64,000 nt of DNA, from the IMG/VR virus record IMGVR_UViG_3300031994_000007. The stretch is one strand, 5' to 3'. The notes under the pieces are model-generated. The model saw only the letters and a program-made list of their open reading frames with translations, was not told where the DNA came from and searched no databases. The translations under genes were made by a program, and so were the position numbers. Within the stretch, counting starts at the first letter, position 1. Every line of letters starts with the position of its first letter. The stretch comes from a virus. Positions 59,889 through 64,000 of the stretch are shown here, piece by piece.

Positions 59889-59917
59889 TTGACAAACTAT
59901 AAATAATGTGTTATAAT
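59889..59917 (+). promoter_or_regulatory. promoter TTGACA-17-TATAAT
   Basis: Preceded by aatcGCCCGGGCagaaaag. Confidence 0.6.
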
Positions 59918-59948
59918 AAAGGCACAAAAAGAAAAGGAGAATAAAACA

Positions 59949-60386
59949 ATGAATAAAGTTTTCAACAAAATAAAGACATGGGCTGAACCTGTGAGCGATT
60001 GGTGGTTTTTTAATTGGGAAGCTGTTGTAGTTATAATTTTTATAGCGGCTGTGCTTATTGGGCTTGTGGTACTCGCTTTATGGGCTTCTGGTGCTTTTTA
60101 TGATGAAGTCGAAAATTATGACTTCACAGCGCAGGTGTATGATAAAGACCACTATACCACTCAATCAGTAAGTTATATTACTTCTGGTAAAACTCGCATT
60201 CCTGTATACCATACTCATCATCACTACAAAGTAATGTGGGAAGATGGTGGAGAACGTGGTACATTTGAAATTGGTGAAGACCATTATGATTTAATTAAAA
60301 TCGGGGACTTTATCAATGTTCATTGCTCTGTGAGGGCAGACAAGCAGGGTGAACTTCATTATTATTATAGTTTCAAGGGATATTAA
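59949..60386 (+). CDS. membrane protein (145 aa) with one TM helix and His-rich segment
   Basis: TM 'AVVVIIFIAAVLIGLVVLALWA'. RBS AAAAGGAGAATAAAACA-ATG. Terminator CAAGGGAT-ATTAAA-ATCCCTTG. Confidence 0.65.
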   Translation: MNKVFNKIKTWAEPVSDWWFFNWEAVVVIIFIAAVLIGLVVLALWASGAFYDEVENYDFTAQVYDKDHYTTQSVSYITSGKTRIPVYHTHHHYKVMWEDGGERGTFEIGEDHYDLIKIGDFINVHCSVRADKQGELHYYYSFKGY

Positions 60387-60415
60387 AATCCCTTGAAATT
60401 TTTTTCAAAAAGTGC

Positions 60416-60444
60416 TTGACAAGTCCAAAAGAGTATGTTATAAT
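60416..60444 (+). promoter_or_regulatory. promoter TTGACA-17-TATAAT
   Basis: Sequence consensus. Confidence 0.6.
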
Positions 60445-60477
60445 GAAGGCACAAAGAAAGAAAAGGAGAATAAAAAA

Positions 60478-60939
60478 ATGAATAACGAAGTAATTAAGGC
60501 AATGAATAAACAGCCCCGTAAAAAAAGCAATTTTCAAAAGTGGTGGGAACAAAACGATTATAAAGTTTGGCGTGTCGTGCTGTTCCCCATTTGGATTTAT
60601 GTGTGGAGCAGAGAAAAAATTAAAACTTATCTTAATTCCCGTACAGTATGGAATGAAAACAGAGCGAATGAAATACTTAGTTATTACATTCCCCGCTGTG
60701 CTCGTTGGAATAATGAAAATAAAACCTTTTATTATTTTAATAATGGGTATGGATGGGAAATGGGCTTTGCTAAAAAGTATTTGAAAATTAAAGACCGTAG
60801 ATTTTGGAATCTTTATGCGTGTTGGCGTATTCGTGATTATCTTATCAAAAATTTTGAACTGGAAGGGTTCACCAAAGAAATTGGTAACTGCTACGATGGC
60901 TGGACTGAAATCACTTTCAGAATGAAAACAGAGGATTAA
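60478..60939 (+). CDS. Trp/aromatic-rich hypothetical early protein (153 aa)
   Basis: RBS AAAAGGAGAATAAAAAA-ATG. In frame with track ORF 60412..60939. Terminator ACAGAGGATT-A5-ATCCTCTGT+T7. Confidence 0.65.
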   Translation: MNNEVIKAMNKQPRKKSNFQKWWEQNDYKVWRVVLFPIWIYVWSREKIKTYLNSRTVWNENRANEILSYYIPRCARWNNENKTFYYFNNGYGWEMGFAKKYLKIKDRRFWNLYACWRIRDYLIKNFELEGFTKEIGNCYDGWTEITFRMKTED

Positions 60940-60968
60940 AAAATCCTCTGTTTTTTTCAAAAAAGGGC

Positions 60969-60997
60969 TTGACAAATCGCCCGGGCTATGTTATATT
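60969..60997 (+). promoter_or_regulatory. class A promoter driving structured RNA copy 7 (variant)
   Basis: TTGACA-aatcGCCCGGGCtatgt-TATATT. Confidence 0.55.
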
Positions 60998-61003
60998 ATA
61001 GTC

Positions 61004-61050
61004 ACAGGCGGAGGGACGCCACACTCGGGTAGTAGAGGGGGAGGCTTTTT
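61004..61050 (+). ncRNA. repeated structured RNA element, copy 7 (divergent 3' end with T-run)
   Basis: ACAGGCGGAGGGACGCCACACTCGGGTAGTAGAGGGGGAGGCTTTTTTT. Confidence 0.4.
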
Positions 61051-61119
61051 TTATTTGGAGAATGTGGGGGAGGTTGCCCGGGCGGCGGCAAAAGAAAAAC
61101 AAAAAATTACAAAAAAAGA

Positions 61120-61148
61120 CATTGACAAATAACCAGAAGTATGCTATT
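61120..61148 (+). promoter_or_regulatory. promoter TTGACA-17-TATTAT
   Basis: Preceded by gttGCCCGGGCggcggc. Confidence 0.55.
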
Positions 61149-61184
61149 ATAATACCAGAAAGAGAGATAAAGGAGGACAAAAAA

Positions 61185-61373
61185 ATGTATTTCGTTCTTG
61201 ATATTGTCAGTAATAAAACGGTCGCAATGACCGCTTTTAGAGACGCGGCGGAAATTATCGCCGCAAACTTCCCCGCAAAGTGCGTAGTTCGCTACGCCGC
61301 TGAAATAGTTAGCGGGTATTCTAAAGACAGCCTGTTCTTTGAGAATGAGCAGGAAATGAAAAAAGGGGCTTGA
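61185..61373 (+). CDS. hypothetical early protein (62 aa)
   Basis: RBS AAAGGAGGACAAAAAA-ATG. KKGA-TGA stop inside the next -35. Confidence 0.55.
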   Translation: MYFVLDIVSNKTVAMTAFRDAAEIIAANFPAKCVVRYAAEIVSGYSKDSLFFENEQEMKKGA

Positions 61374-61398
61374 CAAAATAGCCCCTTTATGATACAAT
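61370..61398 (+). promoter_or_regulatory. class B-like promoter TTGACA-17-TACAAT
   Basis: GGGGCTTGACAAAATAGCCCC. Confidence 0.55.
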
Positions 61399-61428
61399 AC
61401 CAATAGAAACAGAAAAGGAGAAATACAA

Positions 61429-61548
61429 ATGATGTATGACATTTATCCCTGCGATCTTGACCCATTCGGGGAGTGCCCGAAGCATTGTCAGGATTGCGCC
61501 CATTGCGTGGGCTGGTTCATGGATGAACCAGAGGACGAAGAAAATTAA
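61429..61548 (+). CDS. Cys-rich micro-protein (39 aa; putative zinc-binding)
   Basis: MMYDIYPCDLDPFGECPKHCQDCAHCVGWFMDEPEDEEN. RBS AAAAGGAGAAATACAA-ATG. Confidence 0.5.
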   Translation: MMYDIYPCDLDPFGECPKHCQDCAHCVGWFMDEPEDEEN

Positions 61549-61557
61549 AAAAGGGGC

Positions 61558-61586
61558 TTGACAAATACAACCCCCTGTGCTATAAT
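61558..61586 (+). promoter_or_regulatory. class B-like promoter TTGACA-17-TATAAT
   Basis: GGGGCTTGACAAATACAACCCCC. Confidence 0.55.
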
Positions 61587-61613
61587 AAAGACACAATAAA
61601 GGAGATGAAAACA

Positions 61614-61667
61614 ATGAAAGCACGACCGCCGCCCGCAAGGGCATGTGATTGGATTACTAATAATTAG
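61614..61667 (+). CDS. 17-aa micro-ORF (MKARPPPARACDWITNN) terminated by TAG
   Basis: RBS AAAGGAGATGAAAACA-ATG. The only TAG-terminated ORF in the early array. If TAG is read through it extends 9 codons to a TAA overlapping the next micro-ORF ATG (TAATG). Confidence 0.35.
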   Translation: MKARPPPARACDWITNN

Positions 61668-61687
61668 ATAGTAATGTATAGGAGAAT

Positions 61688-61827
61688 AAACTAATGAATA
61701 GAATTAGAGATGAGACGAAAACCTTTTAAGGTTTTCTAATAGATAGTATAGAATAGAAAGATAATAGAAAATGAGGAAAAACTAATGAATAGAATTAGAG
61801 ATGAGACTAAAACCTTTTAAGGTTTTT
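61688..61827 (+). repeat. tandem duplicated micro-ORF units (2 x ~48 bp, ~92 bp apart), each RBS + MNRIRDETKTF + stop-overlapping hairpin
   Basis: Units at 61688-61735 and 61780-61827 differ by 1 nt. ORFs at 61694..61729 and 61785..61820. Hairpin AAAACCTTTTAAGGTTTT. The surrounding 230 nt is unusually dense in TAG triplets. Confidence 0.5.
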
Positions 61828-61942
61828 GATGAATAGAATAGAATGATAGTAATAAAATAGAATAGAAGTAAGTGCCAAGGGGCGGCTCGGTTGGAGGATG
61901 GAAGTAGCCGAAAAAATTTTTCAAAAAATTTTGAAAAACCCC

Positions 61943-61971
61943 TTGACAAATGCCCGGGCATTTGTTATAAT
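61943..61971 (+). promoter_or_regulatory. class A promoter TTGACA-aatGCCCGGGCatttgt-TATAAT
   Basis: Sequence consensus. Confidence 0.6.
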
Positions 61972-62005
61972 ACAATCACAAAGAGAAAACAAGGAGAAAA
62001 AGAAA

Positions 62006-62119
62006 ATGATGACTAACGATTATTGGGAAGCTCACGAAGCCGAATGGCTTGCCGCTCAGGAGTGCATGGAGTGGCTCCTGTTTGAGGCCGACATGGCCAC
62101 TGACCCCTACCGGGATTAA
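62006..62119 (+). CDS. acidic micro-protein (37 aa)
   Basis: MMTNDYWEAHEAEWLAAQECMEWLLFEADMATDPYRD. RBS AAGGAGAAAAAGAAA-ATG. Hairpin CCCTACCGGG-attaaaa-CCCGGTAGGG overlaps the stop. Confidence 0.5.
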   Translation: MMTNDYWEAHEAEWLAAQECMEWLLFEADMATDPYRD

Positions 62120-62140
62120 AACCCGGTAGGGAGAAAATAC

Positions 62141-62169
62141 TTGACAAGTCCAAAAGTGTATGATATAAT
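62141..62169 (+). promoter_or_regulatory. promoter TTGACA-17-TATAAT
   Basis: Sequence consensus. Confidence 0.6.
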
Positions 62170-62198
62170 TAAGGCACAAAAACAAAGGAGATAAAAAA

Positions 62199-62516
62199 AT
62201 GAGAACTTGTAAAAACTGCGGTTGTTATCTTCCAGATAATTGGACTACTTGCCCCGCATGTTTTATGGATGAAAAGCAAGTTGAACATAAAACAGAAAAA
62301 CAGATTGATTCACACAAAGAGTCTTTTCTTAATAACATTTGCCGCGTTGATACATTCCATAAAAACAATACTAAAACATCAAATGTTTTTGCCTCTTATG
62401 AATACGCTATTAGATTTGCTCATTATATAGCTTGCGAATCTGACATAGCAATGGTTATTGTAACTGACATTCCCAGTGGGAAAATAATTGAAAAACTTTC
62501 TCGTAAAGGGTATTGA
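62199..62516 (+). CDS. zinc-ribbon protein (105 aa; C-x2-C-x10-C-x2-C N-terminus)
   Basis: MRTCKNCGCYLPDNWTTCPACF... RBS AAAGGAGATAAAAAA-ATG. TGA stop inside the next -35 (tatTGAcaa). Confidence 0.6.
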   Translation: MRTCKNCGCYLPDNWTTCPACFMDEKQVEHKTEKQIDSHKESFLNNICRVDTFHKNNTKTSNVFASYEYAIRFAHYIACESDIAMVIVTDIPSGKIIEKLSRKGY

Positions 62517-62541
62517 CAAATCCAAAAGCGTATGGTATAAT
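62513..62541 (+). promoter_or_regulatory. promoter TTGACA-17-TATAAT
   Basis: Sequence consensus. Confidence 0.6.
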
Positions 62542-62572
62542 TAAGGCACAAAAGGAAAAGGAGATAAGAAAA

Positions 62573-62713
62573 ATGTACGAATACGAAATTCGCTATCTGG
62601 CAACTGGTGAGACTGATTTTCTGTATGGATATTCTCGTCAGGACTTGGCAAGACGCTATCCCGAAATCCCAACCGATACTTATGTTATCATCTGCCGCGA
62701 GTACATCGACTGA
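62573..62713 (+). CDS. hypothetical early protein (46 aa)
   Basis: RBS AAAAGGAGATAAGAAAA-ATG. In frame with track ORF 62513..62713. Confidence 0.5.
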   Translation: MYEYEIRYLATGETDFLYGYSRQDLARRYPEIPTDTYVIICREYID

Positions 62714-62794
62714 TGGCTCGCGGTTTTCTATTCATTTTTTTAGAATGGTTATGCATTGTATAAGCATACATTATAAATGAATTTTATACGGGCT

Positions 62795-62835
62795 ATTTTC
62801 GGCGCGCCGCTCCTGGCCGACGCGGCGCGTTTTTC
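62795..62835 (+). terminator. GC-rich intrinsic terminator
   Basis: CGCGCCGC-tcctggccga-GCGGCGCG followed by TTTTT. Contains GGCGCGCC. Confidence 0.6.
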
Positions 62836-62974
62836 GCTGTAATAATTCTGCCACAATTTTGTCATCAATTTGTAACACATTCGCACAAACAGGCAAAGTC
62901 CCGAAATGAATAATTATACAATGAATAATGAATAAAAATTCAAAAAATTTTTTTGAAAAAATTAAAAAAAAGTG

Positions 62975-63003
62975 TTGACAAACGCCCGGGCATCTGCTAT
63001 AAT
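62975..63003 (+). promoter_or_regulatory. class A promoter TTGACA-aacGCCCGGGCatctgc-TATAAT
   Basis: Sequence consensus. Confidence 0.6.
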
Positions 63004-63035
63004 CATAGACAGAAAGGGACAAGGAGGATAAAAAA

Positions 63036-63443
63036 ATGACTAACTACTACTTCGACATGGACGGCGTTCTGGCTGACTTCCACGGTGCTTATACTGATAG
63101 GGCACAGGCTTTTCAGTATGATTTTATTGCTAACCTTGCCCCATTTACCGCAAATGTTGAACTTGCAAAGTCCCTCATAGCACAGGGCAATCGGGTTTAT
63201 ATCTCCACCATTGCCGCAAGTGAAGAAGCAAAGCAGGCGAAAATTGATTGGCTTGCTAAGTATCTTCCGGAAATCCCCAGCTATCGTATCATTATCATTG
63301 TTGGGCATGGTAACAAGGCCGAACACATGAGAACAAAGACCGGAATCCTCATTGACGACAAGCGCGCCAACTGCCGCCAATGGGAAAAGGCCGGACAGCG
63401 TGCGGTGTGGCTGGAAATCAAGGGGGGAGCAATCTCCCTTTGA
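63036..63443 (+). CDS. HAD-superfamily 5'(3')-deoxyribonucleotidase-like protein, paralog 2 (135 aa)
   Basis: Shares 'YYFDMDGVLADFH..Y..RAQA...ANLAPF...AKIDWLAKY(I/L)PEI' with 52381..52782 (~50% identity). RBS AAGGAGGATAAAAAA-ATG. Confidence 0.65.
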   Translation: MTNYYFDMDGVLADFHGAYTDRAQAFQYDFIANLAPFTANVELAKSLIAQGNRVYISTIAASEEAKQAKIDWLAKYLPEIPSYRIIIIVGHGNKAEHMRTKTGILIDDKRANCRQWEKAGQRAVWLEIKGGAISL

Positions 63444-63477
63444 TTCTAAAAAAAATTGTTTTGTAACTATTTTGTAG

Positions 63478-63506
63478 TTGATTTTGCCCGGGCTATTTGT
63501 TATAAT
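63478..63506 (+). promoter_or_regulatory. class A-like promoter TTGATT-ttGCCCGGGCtatttgt-TATAAT
   Basis: Sequence consensus. Confidence 0.5.
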
Positions 63507-63537
63507 TAAGCCAGAAAGAAACAAGGAGGACAAAAAA

Positions 63538-63972
63538 ATGTACGCTATCACTTATTCCAACATCATTCACTGCAAGAAATCCGGCGACACCGCACAGCAG
63601 ACCGCAAACTTCTACCACACCGGACGGACGGAAAGACACGACGATCGCCCCTGGTATGAGGGAAGTGATATTGAAGAAATCGCCGCAAGCGTCAAGTCTA
63701 ATGGTTTTAGTCTTGCTGATGGCCGCACCAATCACGGCGACACGCTGGAAGAAAAATGGAACGATTTTCGTACCCGCACCGCTTCCAATCTCTTTATTTA
63801 TGTAACCAATAATTTTACCGGTTATTACATGAATATTGATGAGTTTGAAGAGTTTGTGAAAATGTGGTGCTATGTTAGCACAGAATCCGCAAAAAACGGC
63901 GGGCGGTCTAAAATTAGATGTAAGCACGAAAGCCAAAAAATGCGGAATTGGTTAGCTCACAGGGCGGGATAA
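63538..63972 (+). CDS. hypothetical early protein (144 aa)
   Basis: RBS AAGGAGGACAAAAAA-ATG. In frame with track ORF 63478..63972. Hairpin GCGGGATAAAAACCCGC after the stop. Confidence 0.6.
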   Translation: MYAITYSNIIHCKKSGDTAQQTANFYHTGRTERHDDRPWYEGSDIEEIAASVKSNGFSLADGRTNHGDTLEEKWNDFRTRTASNLFIYVTNNFTGYYMNIDEFEEFVKMWCYVSTESAKNGGRSKIRCKHESQKMRNWLAHRAG

Positions 63973-64000
63973 AAACCCGCCCAAAACGAAAAAAAGTTCT

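Noticed and set aside
51600-62200. CRISPR-array-like appearance from many similar about 30-bp promoter units spaced by variable sequence.
   Set aside because: The repeats are sigma70 promoters (-35/-10 with a 17-bp spacer), each followed by an RBS and ORF. Spacing is irregular, 150-500 bp, unlike CRISPR.
51799-63478. Longer upstream-extended versions of several early ORFs given by the six-frame track (for example 51799, 54865, 55986, 57006, 57293, 57571, 59101, 59459, 60412, 61062, 61898, 62513, 63478).
   Set aside because: The extensions run through promoter -10/-35 elements and precede the strong RBS. The RBS-proximal ATG is the more plausible start.
51184-63936. Minus-strand ORFs within the early array (for example 51184..51711, 55113..55445, 56888..57586, 60373..60975, 63493..63936).
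   Set aside because: Antisense to promoter/RBS/ORF units with clear plus-strand signals. The sequences are low-complexity (F/L/S/C-rich) and span promoters and terminators.

Overview
The window holds two very different blocks. Positions 1 to about 49.8 kb are an extremely AT-rich (~27-30% GC) tailed-phage late/structural module on the minus strand. Its gene order looks siphovirus-like: three zinc-ribbon genes, large terminase, a PD-(D/E)XK-like ORF, portal, scaffold, decoration, major capsid, connector genes, major tail protein, chaperone, a ~9.2 kb TP901-type tape measure gene, giant baseplate/Dit-like proteins and a cluster of tail fibers. Nearly every six-frame ORF break in this block is an in-frame TAG (for example at 110, 431, 746, 2393, 3050, 3908 and 24467 on the minus strand), so the phage appears to read amber as a sense codon, most plausibly Gln. 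Real gene ends use only TAA or TGA. The major capsid, decoration and major tail genes are exceptions: they are less AT-rich (~38-45% GC) and essentially TAG-free. From about 49.8 kb a plus-strand unit begins, with an AbrB-type regulator and a TAG-containing DUF488 gene, then an iteron/operator-like region. From about 51.2 to 64 kb, in GC-richer DNA (~45-50%), lies a remarkable plus-strand array of about 37 small ORFs (17-170 aa). Each has its own near-perfect sigma70 promoter (TTGACA-17-TATAAT) and strong RBS, with two promoter architectures, an over-represented GCCCGGGC box and seven copies of a covariation-supported ~50-nt structured RNA element. These ORFs use standard-code stops only, TAA or TGA, and are free of in-frame TAG. 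The one exception is the 17-aa ORF at 61614-61667, which ends in TAG. Annotated products there include two paralogous HAD-type 5'-deoxynucleotidase-like proteins, a GNAT acetyltransferase, several Cys-rich micro-proteins and membrane proteins. No tRNA, rRNA, CRISPR array or integrase was found. Coordinates of genes reconstructed across TAGs are approximate to within a few nt, and their functions rest on motif recognition only.
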